DNA from: Candidatus Latescibacterota bacterium
GTDB lineage: Bacteria > Latescibacterota > CBDEFO01
Direction of reading: 5' to 3'
DNA: 64,000 nucleotides
Assembly: GCA_965248755.1 (NCBI GenBank)
Contig: OZ252149.1
Span: 3,296,001-3,360,000 of the forward strand
This document shows positions 27,444 through 35,728 of this stretch, piece after piece. Position 1 is the stretch's first letter. Each line of letters opens with the position of its first letter. A program made the translations under genes and the position numbers. The notes beneath the pieces were generated by a model, which saw only the letters and a list, made by a program, of their open reading frames with translations, was not told where the DNA came from and made no database searches.

Positions 27444-29237
27444 ATGGCTTACAGGATTCCTGACGAATTGGTAGAGAGGATCAAAGATTCGGTTGATATT
27501 GTAGAAGTGGTGTCCGATTATGTCTCCCTGCAAAAGAAAGGGCGTAATTTCTCCGCTCTTTGTCCCTTCCACGCTGAAAAGACCCCTTCCTTCAGCGTAA
27601 GTCTGGAAAAACAGATGTACTATTGTTTCGGCTGCGGCTCTGGAGGAAACGTCTTTTCGTTCCTAATGGAGCTTGAGAAGGTGAGCTTTTTTGAGGCGCT
27701 AAGGTCTCTATCAGAAAGGACTGGGATTAGCCTGCCATCTGTCGGAAGGGGTGAGAAGGCTTCCAATGACGATCTATATAGAGCCAATCAACTGGCAAAG
27801 GACTATTTCTGCCATCTTCTATGTAAGGACAAACGTAGCGAGGGTGCGCGTGCCTATCTGAGGGAGAGGGGATTGTCCGAAGAGACAGTTCAAAGATTCT
27901 CTTTGGGCTATTCTCTTCCAGATTGGGACGATCTTCTGAAACAAGCGCAAAAGCGAGGGCTTTCAAGAGAGATCCTGGCAAGAGCGGGATTGGCAATTGC
28001 GAGGAAGGACGGCGGCTTTTACGACAGATTCAGAGAAAGGATTACGTTTCCCATCGTGGGGATAAGCGGAAAAGTTACAGGCTTCGGCGCGAGGACTTTG
28101 GACGACGATCAGGAGCCCAAGTATCTCAACTCTCCCGATACGGAAATATATCACAAGGGATCAGTCCTGTACGGCCTCCATCAGGCCAAGGATTCCATAA
28201 GGAAAGAGGGGTCTGCGATAGTTGTGGAGGGATATATGGACCTCATAAGGCTCGTTCAGGAGGGGATAGATAACGCAGTTGCGTCTTCGGGGACCGCTTT
28301 TACTTACGAACAGGCCAGATTGCTATCGCGCTATACAGACAGAGTAATCATAGTTTATGACTCTGATGCCGCCGGCTCTTCGGCGTCTTTGAGGGGGATG
28401 GATGTCCTGCTGGGATCTGACCTTACCCCTGAGATAGTTTCCCTACCGATGGGATATGACCCTGACAGTTTCATAAAGGATAGAGGAAAAGATAGCTTTT
28501 ATGATCACCTGAATAATGCGAGCTATTTTCTGGACTACAAGATAGATCTTATGAAAAAAGAGGGGTTGCTCTCACATGTGGAGGGGAAAACCAAGGCCTT
28601 GAATTCTCTATCTGAGAGCGTGTCCAAGGTTAAGGACGAGATAAAGAGGAATCTCTTGATAAAGGGGATAGCTGACGAGTTCAGCGTGGATGAAAAGACT
28701 CTGTACAGGGCCGTCGGGAGGATAATTGACAAATCGAAAAGGAGGACAGCCAAAAAGACAGAATCAGATGAAATAGAAGATGTGACCGTCTCAGAACCCA
28801 AATGGGAAAGAGAACTTTTGAAGATAATGATAAACTGCAAGCATGCCGTCAGAGAGGCAAAGGATCTGATAGCTCCGGAGGATTTTACGGAGAAATCGCA
28901 CAGACAGATAGCAAGTCTGATATTTAAAGCGTCAGAAAGGGGTGTAGACGTCGGCGTAGTGACTGTGGGCGAGGATTCAAGAGACTCAAAACTTGCAAAG
29001 CTGATCTCAAAGATATCTTTGGAGGACTTCGATGAATCTCAGATAGAACAGTCTTTAGATGACCATATACGAAGACTTCAGCGAAAGTCTATAGAAAAGA
29101 GGATAGAAGAGCTCGAAGCAAAGATTAAAGAGGCTGAAAATGAAGGAAACGATAAGAAAGTAACAGAGCTCCTTCGAGAGCATGTCGCTTTGGACAGGAG
29201 AAAACGCTCTCTTATCGATATTAAAAAAACATCTTGA
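27444..29237 (+). CDS. dnaG: DNA primase
   Basis: CPFH...CFGC zinc finger, PKYLNSPDT, VVEGYMD and YDSDAAG TOPRIM motifs. Confidence 0.98.
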   Translation: MAYRIPDELVERIKDSVDIVEVVSDYVSLQKKGRNFSALCPFHAEKTPSFSVSLEKQMYYCFGCGSGGNVFSFLMELEKVSFFEALRSLSERTGISLPSVGRGEKASNDDLYRANQLAKDYFCHLLCKDKRSEGARAYLRERGLSEETVQRFSLGYSLPDWDDLLKQAQKRGLSREILARAGLAIARKDGGFYDRFRERITFPIVGISGKVTGFGARTLDDDQEPKYLNSPDTEIYHKGSVLYGLHQAKDSIRKEGSAIVVEGYMDLIRLVQEGIDNAVASSGTAFTYEQARLLSRYTDRVIIVYDSDAAGSSASLRGMDVLLGSDLTPEIVSLPMGYDPDSFIKDRGKDSFYDHLNNASYFLDYKIDLMKKEGLLSHVEGKTKALNSLSESVSKVKDEIKRNLLIKGIADEFSVDEKTLYRAVGRIIDKSKRRTAKKTESDEIEDVTVSEPKWERELLKIMINCKHAVREAKDLIAPEDFTEKSHRQIASLIFKASERGVDVGVVTVGEDSRDSKLAKLISKISLEDFDESQIEQSLDDHIRRLQRKSIEKRIEELEAKIKEAENEGNDKKVTELLREHVALDRRKRSLIDIKKTS

Positions 29238-29262
29238 AATTTTGATCGGGATTTGTTAAATT
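29234..29262 (+). promoter_or_regulatory. Promoter for the tRNA pair
   Basis: TTGAAA-N17-TAAATT with an extended TGn, about 10 nt before the tRNA. Confidence 0.6.
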
Positions 29263-29271
29263 ATAAAGTGT

Positions 29272-29348
29272 GGGTCCATAGCTCAGTCGGTTAGAGCAAC
29301 TGACTCATAATCAGTAGGTCCTAGGTTCGAGTCCTAGTGGACCCACCA
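29272..29348 (+). tRNA. tRNA with CAT anticodon, most likely tRNA-Ile2 (lysidine type)
   Basis: Cloverleaf with GGGTCCA/TGGACCC acceptor stem, CTGAC-TCATA-ATCAG anticodon arm, GTTCGAG T loop and encoded CCA; not initiator-like. Confidence 0.92.
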
Positions 29349-29404
29349 AAATATATACTTCAAGGAGAAGGTCATATAGAATGTTTTTTAAACGTGGCTG
29401 GCAG

Positions 29405-29481
29405 GGGCGGTTAGCTCAGCTGGTCAGAGCGCTGGTTTCACATACCAGAGGTCACTGGTTCGAGTCCAGTACCGCCCACCA
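29405..29481 (+). tRNA. tRNA-Val (CAC)
   Basis: GGGCGGT/ACCGCCC acceptor stem, CTGGT-TTCACAT-ACCAG anticodon arm and encoded CCA. Confidence 0.95.
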
Positions 29482-29572
29482 TCTATATGAAAAGATAAGA
29501 CCGGGAGTCTGGCGAGGCGGTCTTTACAACGGCTATAAAGTCGGATTAATAAACATAAGTCGAGGGTTATAC

Positions 29573-29602
29573 AAAAGCGCACTTAGAGGGTGCGCTTTTT
29601 TT
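29573..29602 (+). terminator. Rho-independent terminator
   Basis: AAAAGCGCACT-loop-GGTGCGCTTTTTTT. Confidence 0.8.
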
Positions 29603-29635
29603 ATGCTATCTTATGTAAATTTAAGGGGGTAGAGT

Positions 29636-30355
29636 ATGAAAGAAAATCTTACGAAGCTTTTAGAACTTCAAGAGATAGACAACGCTATCGACGATCTTAA
29701 GAAGTCAAGAGAGGAGTATCCCAAGGAAATAGAACGTTTGGGGCAGGAGTTAAAGGAAGCGAAGGAGGCCTTGTGCCAAGAGGAAGAAGATGCTCAGGAG
29801 CTTGAAAAGAACAGGCGCCACTTTGAGCGGGAGTTGGAGGTCGCCAACGGGGAGTTGAAGGAGCACCAGGATCGACTCTACCAGCATAATATAAAGACAA
29901 ACAGAGAATATGACGCGCTGCAGGGGGAGATCCAGACCTATCAGAAGAAGATCGACCTTAGCGAATCTGAGATCTTGGCAACAATGGAGGGAATTGAAGA
30001 GCTGAAGACTAAAATGGAGGTTGAGTCTGGAGCCCTGGCAAAAATGGATGCCGAAAAATCGAGCAAGATCTCCGAATTGTCCGAAAAGTTACGGTCTTTA
30101 GACGGAGATATAGACGCTTTGGATGGCAAAGGAAAGATCGTTCAGGATGGGGTAGATAGGAGGGCTTTGTCAGTTTACAAGAGGGTTCGGCGTGGTAAAA
30201 GTATTGCTGTGGTTCCAGTAATGAAAGGAGCTTGCGGAGGATGCTTCAGACAACTCCCGCCTCAGAAGGCCAGCGAAATAAGAAGAAACGACAGAGTGAT
30301 TGCGTGTGAAAGTTGTGGGAGGATACTGGTCTGGAAAGAGGATAAGATGAACTGA
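29636..30355 (+). CDS. Coiled-coil protein with C4 zinc ribbon (DUF164 / CT398-like)
   Basis: LLELQEID start, long coiled coil, REYDALQGEI, CGGC...CESCGRIL. Confidence 0.92.
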   Translation: MKENLTKLLELQEIDNAIDDLKKSREEYPKEIERLGQELKEAKEALCQEEEDAQELEKNRRHFERELEVANGELKEHQDRLYQHNIKTNREYDALQGEIQTYQKKIDLSESEILATMEGIEELKTKMEVESGALAKMDAEKSSKISELSEKLRSLDGDIDALDGKGKIVQDGVDRRALSVYKRVRRGKSIAVVPVMKGACGGCFRQLPPQKASEIRRNDRVIACESCGRILVWKEDKMN

Positions 30356-30377
30356 TGACGACTCTCGCCGTTAAATA

Positions 30378-30585
30378 AAGGGGTTTATCAGGTTGCGCTC
30401 GACCCAACAGTCAGCGTTAGCACGTGAAAGCCGCGCTCAGCCTGTGAATTCTCTCGAAGCTGGCGCTTAACGGCTATTGTCAGACACGGGCTCGCAAGAT
30501 TCTGTTTCAGAACCTCCGAACCTGGTCTACTGCTAAAGAGCAGGTCGCCCTTAGCGGCAGGCCCGGCACTCTCAGCCTTATGAGA
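30378..30585 (-). ncRNA. Putative structured non-coding RNA of unknown family
   Basis: GC-rich intergenic segment with several nested stems found by hand and an AT-rich promoter-like region just upstream; no credible ORF. Confidence 0.45.
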
Positions 30586-30889
30586 AATATAAAAATACAA
30601 AAAAAGGAAATGTTTTGTCCGTTGGGAAACTAAACTTTCTGGGGGCACTAGCAGCATTCATCTCCCAGTTAAATCCGGGAGTCCTCTGCCGTGCTTTTCT
30701 ATAGCTAATATGTGGACACACTGCATAATAAGAAATGTATCTTGAAAAGTAATAGTTAGACAAGAGCTTGGGAGAGATTTTGAAATTAGTCTAATGTTCT
30801 GCTTTAAACTGTTGCTTCCTTTTGGCTTATAAGAACTTCCTCTACTATTACGAATTACGTTTTACATAGATTAGGACTGAGGACTGAAA

Positions 30890-31259
30890 AAGAGTCGAAG
30901 TTAACCGGGCGATCGCGCTTTTTAAAAGTGAGGAAAGTCCGAGCTTCAGAGGGCACGATGCTGGGTAACTCCCAGGCGGGGTAACCCGATGGAAAGTGGC
31001 ACAGAAAACACACGGCCGATGGCCCTTCTTGGGCACAGGCAAAGGTGAAAAGGCGAGGTAAGAGCTCACCGCGCTTCTGGCGACAGGAGTGGCAGGCTAA
31101 ACCCCATCGGAAGCAAGGTCAAATAGAGAGGGAGGGGCTGCCCGTCCCGTTGGACCTCTGGGTAGACCGCATTGAGGTGTCGAGAAATCGGCATCCCAGA
31201 CAGATGATCGCCCTCCTTTATGGAGACAGAACTCGGCTTATAGGTTGGCTTCGGCTCTT
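30890..31259 (+). ncRNA. rnpB: RNase P RNA (type A)
   Basis: GAGGAAAGTCC, GGAAAGTGGCACAGAAA, GGTAAGAGCTCACC, AAACCCC and ACAGAACTCGGCTTA; terminal P1 stem AAGAGTCGAAGTTAACC/GGTTGGCTTCGGCTCTT. Confidence 0.97.
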
Positions 31260-31307
31260 CCAATTTCTAATAGGATACCAAAATATTTCATCATTAAATG
31301 AGGAGCT

Positions 31308-31604
31308 ATGAAAGAACTAAATAAGAGGAGCATCGTTAAGACCATCAGTTGGAGGGCACTTGCTACATTCACGACGATGGTCATAGTCTATATCTTCACT
31401 AATCAGTTGATGTTATCGTTGGGCATAGGATTCTTCGAACTCCTGTCGAAAATGCTGTTGTATTATGGACACGAACGGGTCTGGGCAGGAATATCCTGGG
31501 GCAGACCTGATCATCCTTTATCCAAACTGCCGGTCAATAAAGAATTAGCGCCTGAGGATGTAGAGACTGTTAGGAAGTTGCTGAAAGATCTTGGGTATTT
31601 GTAG
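31308..31604 (+). CDS. DUF2061 domain membrane protein
   Basis: RSIVKTISWR...KMLLYYGHERVW signature. Confidence 0.85.
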   Translation: MKELNKRSIVKTISWRALATFTTMVIVYIFTNQLMLSLGIGFFELLSKMLLYYGHERVWAGISWGRPDHPLSKLPVNKELAPEDVETVRKLLKDLGYL

Positions 31605-31646
31605 AATAGTTAATGCATTACGCGTGCGCTTTCTTGTGTTCGCTCG

Positions 31647-32165
31647 CTATATCCCCAAGCTAGTCTTTGTAAAGAGGGAATCCAGTGTGTATCCCGCCTC
31701 TTGAGCGTTCTGTTTTGCTCCTTCTTCCCTGTCTATAACACATATTATTTTTACGATTTTATTGCCTATCCGTGTCAGATGGTTGGCTGCAGCGATAGCT
31801 TGACTTCCCGTAGTTGCCACGTCCTCTATCAATATTAGTGATTCTCCTATCTTTATGCCTCCTTCCACCTGTGCGCTTGTGCCGTATCCCTTTGCCTCCT
31901 TTCGGACTATGACAAATGGTATGCCTGTCTGGATAGAAAGAGCCGCCGCTAAAGGCACCGCTCCGAGTTCCGGGCCGGCTATTCTGTCCACTTTGTCGGG
32001 GATCATTTGGGCTATATGTGTCGCTATGGCTTTCAATATCTCCGGCTGCCCCAGAAAGAGATACTTGTCCAAGTAATAATTGCTCCTCTTACCCGAACTC
32101 AGCACAAAATCCCCTTCTAAATAGGCCACGTCCACTATCCTTTTCCCTAACATCTTGAGTGTCAT
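31647..32165 (-). CDS. pyrE: Orotate phosphoribosyltransferase
   Basis: GDFVLSSGKRSNYYLDK, VRKEAKGYGT and IEDVATTG PRPP motifs. Confidence 0.95.
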   Translation of the reverse strand: MTLKMLGKRIVDVAYLEGDFVLSSGKRSNYYLDKYLFLGQPEILKAIATHIAQMIPDKVDRIAGPELGAVPLAAALSIQTGIPFVIVRKEAKGYGTSAQVEGGIKIGESLILIEDVATTGSQAIAAANHLTRIGNKIVKIICVIDREEGAKQNAQEAGYTLDSLFTKTSLGI

Positions 32166-32235
32166 TGCTCTCCTCTATCAATAACAGTCAGACGAGCGGC
32201 GCTAGGGCCTTTTCAAAGACTGAATACAGGTTTAA

Positions 32236-32264
32236 AATATACGAATAATCACGCTCCAAGTCCA
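32236..32264 (-). promoter_or_regulatory. Sigma70 promoter for pyrE
   Basis: TGGACT-N17-TATATT. Confidence 0.5.
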
Positions 32265-32329
32265 GCAGTCTTTACAAGGTTTTTTGTGATTCGGCAAAGT
32301 GTAGCATTTTTGCAGGAGTTTCTCCGCAT

Positions 32330-32447
32330 GGGACCTCTTCCTGGCTGGTTGCCACACTTCCCTGCCCAGTTACACATGGGTTAGCACCTGTGGGCCCTGA
32401 AATAAGCAACCTAAACTGAATGTATGGCGGGGTTAGCCCGCCTCTAC
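32330..32447 (-). repeat. Degenerate composite REP-like element
   Basis: Minus strand CAGGTGCTAACCCATGTGT...GGCAACCAGCCAGGAAGA, plus the palindrome GTATGGCGGGGTTAGCCCGCCTCTAC (32422-32447). Confidence 0.6.
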
Positions 32448-32611
32448 TAATACATACGTTGGGGCAAATCATTATCTCTCTGCAAAACTTAAACTTTGTC
32501 TTTCCGAATGAGATTAGAAGGTTTTGTAAAGCTTCTCGTGTTGTACAAAGAAAAAGAGCGACCATTGTATCTGATGATCGCTCTTGTGCTGTATATATCA
32601 CGTGCAGTTTA

Positions 32612-33178
32612 TCATTCCACTACGATTACCCTAGCGAGATCCTTCCCTGTCACAAGCGTATCACCGTGATATGGACAAAAGTTGAATTCCGAGTCGACGA
32701 ACCTCTTTTGATCCACCGGGCAATATCTTATACTTTCATCGTGGTGAAAGACTACCTGCCTGACGTCCTTGAGGGACAGGGAAAACTTGCCCAACTTTGT
32801 CTCACCTGAAAGCGTCTTACTCACTCTAAATCTGATAGAGCCGCTCGTGTTGGGCGTATTCGTATCTGCAAATATGGCTCCACTCAGTACTTTGCCATCC
32901 CTAAGTGTTACCACTATCGATTTCTTCTCATCTGCGCTATGCCCCTGAAGCTCTACTTTTCTTATCTGATTAAACTTAATCCTGTATCTCTGCTTTCCCG
33001 CTGTAAAGACCAGATCGTTACGCCCCCCTAAAAGAAGATTTGATACCTCAAACCTGTTGCCCTTCCGATCCAGGACAATCGCTCTGGAATCTTGCTGTGA
33101 CGCCGATCCAGCTTTCGGAGTAAATGCAACAGATAGCAGGATCAATAAAGGCACAGTCTTTCTTCGAAATTTGTTCAT
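32612..33178 (-). CDS. Secreted hypothetical protein with C-terminal zinc-ribbon-like motif
   Basis: Signal peptide MNKFRRKTVPLLILLSVAFTPKAGSA; CPVD...FNFCPYHG near the C-terminus; GAGGA RBS. Confidence 0.7.
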   Translation of the reverse strand: MNKFRRKTVPLLILLSVAFTPKAGSASQQDSRAIVLDRKGNRFEVSNLLLGGRNDLVFTAGKQRYRIKFNQIRKVELQGHSADEKKSIVVTLRDGKVLSGAIFADTNTPNTSGSIRFRVSKTLSGETKLGKFSLSLKDVRQVVFHHDESIRYCPVDQKRFVDSEFNFCPYHGDTLVTGKDLARVIVVE

Positions 33179-33200
33179 TATCCTCACCCTTTTTGAGGGC

Positions 33201-33857
33201 TCACCTCAGCACCTTTTCGGGGACCAGAGCATAGACCTTGTCAGTCAAGGGAGGGATCTCATCTTTGAACTTCCTGAGTTTACGCTGAAGCCGGAGTCTG
33301 CTTCTGTTTGCTCTCGATTTAATAGTCCCTACCGGGCATTCAGTTATCCTTGAAATCTCCTCGTAAGATAATCCCTGGACGTCCCTCATCAGGATGGCCT
33401 GACGGTATTTAGGAGGCAGTGAACGTATGGCGTCGTGCACAATATCGTCCAGTATTCTCGACTCAACCAGGTTGTCAGGCCTTTGTGAGTCATCGGCGAC
33501 CTCTACCCGAACTTGTGTTTCATGATCGCCTGCATCTATAGATATAGATCTCCACCTTTTTCTGCGTCTGAGTTCTGTCTTGGCCAAGTTGCTCGCAATC
33601 GTAAATATCCATGTTGAAAAGTTCATTATGTCGGCGTTCGAACTTCTCTTTTTGAAGACCCTCAGAAACGTCTCTTGGACTATATCCTCGGCTGTCTCGC
33701 GATCCCCTACGAACCGGAAAAGGAAGTTTATCAATCTATCCCTGTATCTTTCGACAATCCCTGTAAAGCAGGACATATCTCCGTCTGACAACCCTGCCAT
33801 AAGTTCCTCGTCCTTCATTTTTGAAGTGTCCAAATTCCGAGTCTGGATAACTGGCAT
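33201..33857 (-). CDS. ECF RNA polymerase sigma factor (RpoE/SigW-like)
   Basis: AEDIVQETFLRV, FSTWIFTIASN, LPPKYRQAILMRDVQGLSYEEIS and GTIKSR motifs. Confidence 0.93.
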   Translation of the reverse strand: MPVIQTRNLDTSKMKDEELMAGLSDGDMSCFTGIVERYRDRLINFLFRFVGDRETAEDIVQETFLRVFKKRSSNADIMNFSTWIFTIASNLAKTELRRRKRWRSISIDAGDHETQVRVEVADDSQRPDNLVESRILDDIVHDAIRSLPPKYRQAILMRDVQGLSYEEISRITECPVGTIKSRANRSRLRLQRKLRKFKDEIPPLTDKVYALVPEKVLR

Positions 33858-33901
33858 TCTTCTCTCCTCAATTCTCCGCCCTTTTAGGGAATATCACCAT
33901 T

Positions 33902-33975
33902 ATTCTCGGCAGACCTAAGAGGGTATCTGTGCTGAGGGGGGTAAGAGCACTTGCCCTTGACAGTCTGCCGAGAAT
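33902..33975 (-). promoter_or_regulatory. Long hairpin in the 5' UTR of the ECF sigma gene
   Basis: Perfect 13-bp inverted repeat ATTCTCGGCAGAC / GTCTGCCGAGAAT with further internal pairings. Confidence 0.6.
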
Positions 33976-34003
33976 CTTTAGGTGTGTTTTCTATAAGTAG
34001 TAC

Positions 34004-34019
34004 TGCAAAAGACGTGCCA
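34004..34019 (-). promoter_or_regulatory. Sigma54 (-24/-12) promoter
   Basis: TGGCAC-GTCTT-TTGCA, an exact match to TGGCAC-N5-TTGCA, oriented toward the ECF sigma gene. Confidence 0.75.
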
Positions 34020-34126
34020 GAGACGAAAAGGCTTGAGGAGACGGCCATAAACGTTGTAGTTGCTAACAGATATTCAGGACTTTGACTATCACTAAGCTTG
34101 TCCCTATCGAATATCAGTACTTACAT

Positions 34127-34153
34127 CGGACATTTTTGTCGGACATTTTTGTC
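34127..34153. promoter_or_regulatory. Candidate enhancer-binding protein site (tandem GACA-N4-TGTC)
   Basis: Two copies of CGGACATTTTTGT, about 110-135 bp upstream of the sigma54 promoter. Confidence 0.5.
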
Positions 34154-34313
34154 AGATTAGGGTCTTGTCCACTCCGGAGCAGGGAGTTGAGAGGACCCGT
34201 GTGTTCGCCCAGCAGGCAGCTAACAGTGAGGGGAGGAGATGCGCCTATGATACGAAGAGATTCCGAAGCCAACCTAAAGTAGATTGCATTTTGGTCTGAA
34301 ACGGATTTTTCCC

Positions 34314-34343
34314 TTGCACTCTGTTCAACTAAATTCGTATATT
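34314..34343 (+). promoter_or_regulatory. Sigma70 promoter for kdgK
   Basis: TTGCAC-N18-TATATT. Confidence 0.45.
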
Positions 34344-34404
34344 TGCAAGCAAGAACAGCTTGAAGCCAAGAGTGTCTTTTCTTTGCAATTTGGAGGGATG
34401 AAAA

Positions 34405-35511
34405 ATGGCAGAATTGACGATCAGGTCTGATGAACAGTGCGACTACGATGCGGTCTCGCTCGGTGAAGTGATGTTGAGATTGGATCCGGGGGATGTTCCA
34501 ACGCGAAAGTCCAGAACTTTCAAGGCATGGCACGGGGGCGGTGAGCTGAACGTCGCTGAAGGATTGAGCTACTGTTTCGGCATGAGAACATCTGTGGTCA
34601 CCGCTCTGGTGGACGACGGCGTAGGGCGAAATATTGAAGCTCAGCTGAGGGAAGCGGGCGTAGATACAAGCCACATCGTCTGGTTGAATTTCGACGGTAT
34701 CGGAAGGGTGTGCAACGGCATAAACTTCACCTGGAGCGGTAAGGGACTGCTGCCGTCGGTGACCGAGTACTACAGGGCGCACACCTCAGCCCGCCAGTTG
34801 AAAGGGGGAGACGTAGATTGGAGTGGACTCTTCTCCGAGAGGGGCGTCCGGTGGTTCCATACAGGCGGGATATATACCCTAATATCCGATACGGCCCCCG
34901 AGGTGGTAAAGGAGGCTGTAATGGCGGCAAGGGAGGCAGGTACATTTGTATCTTTTGATCTGAACTACAGATCGAGTCTCCAGCCCGATCAGAAGAAGGC
35001 ACAAAGTATCAATAGGGAACTTGTGCAGTACGTAGATTTTCTCGTCGGAAATGAGGAGGATTTCCAGGCGGCGTTGGGCTACGAGATAGAGGAGGTGGGC
35101 GAGGACTTCACCAGCCTGAACATAGAAGCCTACGAAAAGATGGTGGTAAGGGTCGCCGAGGATTTCCCCAATCTCAAGTTAATCGGAACCACGCTTCGTG
35201 AGGCCATCTCTGCAGATGCGATTAACTGGGGCGCCATTTTGTATTCCGTATCGGGACGGAAGTTGTATCAAGCAACACAGCGGGATGGCGTCCAGATCAA
35301 AGACCGGACGGGCGGAGGCGATTCCTTCGTCTCCGGGACTGCTGCCGCCCTGCTTGGGGGAAAGGGTCTGAAGGAGACGGTCGAGTGGGGCGCGGCACAC
35401 GGTGCTCTGGTGCAACTAACCCCTGGGGACACGACGATGGTGACACAGACAGAGATCGAAAAAGAAATCGCCCGCGCTCAGAAAGGAGGAGGAGTAAGAG
35501 CCAGGCGATAA
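34405..35511 (+). CDS. kdgK: 2-keto-3-deoxygluconate kinase (PfkB family)
   Basis: SLGEVMLRLDP, GGGELNVA, WFHTGGI, SFDLNYR, GNEEDF and DRTGGGDSF motifs. Confidence 0.88.
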   Translation: MAELTIRSDEQCDYDAVSLGEVMLRLDPGDVPTRKSRTFKAWHGGGELNVAEGLSYCFGMRTSVVTALVDDGVGRNIEAQLREAGVDTSHIVWLNFDGIGRVCNGINFTWSGKGLLPSVTEYYRAHTSARQLKGGDVDWSGLFSERGVRWFHTGGIYTLISDTAPEVVKEAVMAAREAGTFVSFDLNYRSSLQPDQKKAQSINRELVQYVDFLVGNEEDFQAALGYEIEEVGEDFTSLNIEAYEKMVVRVAEDFPNLKLIGTTLREAISADAINWGAILYSVSGRKLYQATQRDGVQIKDRTGGGDSFVSGTAAALLGGKGLKETVEWGAAHGALVQLTPGDTTMVTQTEIEKEIARAQKGGGVRARR

Positions 35512-35544
35512 AGTGGGGCTTGGAAACGATTTGTCCAAACGTGA

Positions 35545-35716
35545 TGTGGGGGCGAGGTCCACTCGCCCGAAGGGGGATAAGCCCGTCCCTTTATTTACCG
35601 ACAGCGTCTTAATTTATCGGGATACCTAATGTGTGGTGGAAGGAGAGGTTTGGCAAGAAGCCACGAAGTAGTTCGCCTGATATTTTCAGGTGCAGACACA
35701 TGGGTCTGCACCTACA
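35545..35716 (+). repeat. Composite REP-like element; empty-site counterpart of 26157..26286
   Basis: GGGGCGAGGTCCACTCGCCC ... GGCAAGAAGCCACGAAGTAGTTCGCC ... ATTTTCAGGTGCAGACACATGGGTCTGCACCTACAGATG. Confidence 0.75.
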
Positions 35717-35728
35717 GATGTTGAAGGT

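Noticed and set aside
29272..29481. tRNAs as integration sites for an island or prophage
   Set aside because: I saw no duplicated tRNA 3' end and no integrase or phage genes in the window.
29381..29632. 83-aa ORF
   Set aside because: It overlaps tRNA-Val and the terminator.
30388..30657. 89-aa minus-strand ORF
   Set aside because: No RBS or recognisable motif, and it crosses an AT-rich promoter-like tract; RNA structure explains the region better.
30848..31311. Three short ORFs
   Set aside because: They overlap the RNase P RNA gene.
34114..34782. 222-aa minus-strand ORF and the many similar antisense ORFs in the track
   Set aside because: They are shadow frames opposite well-supported genes and have no domain signatures.
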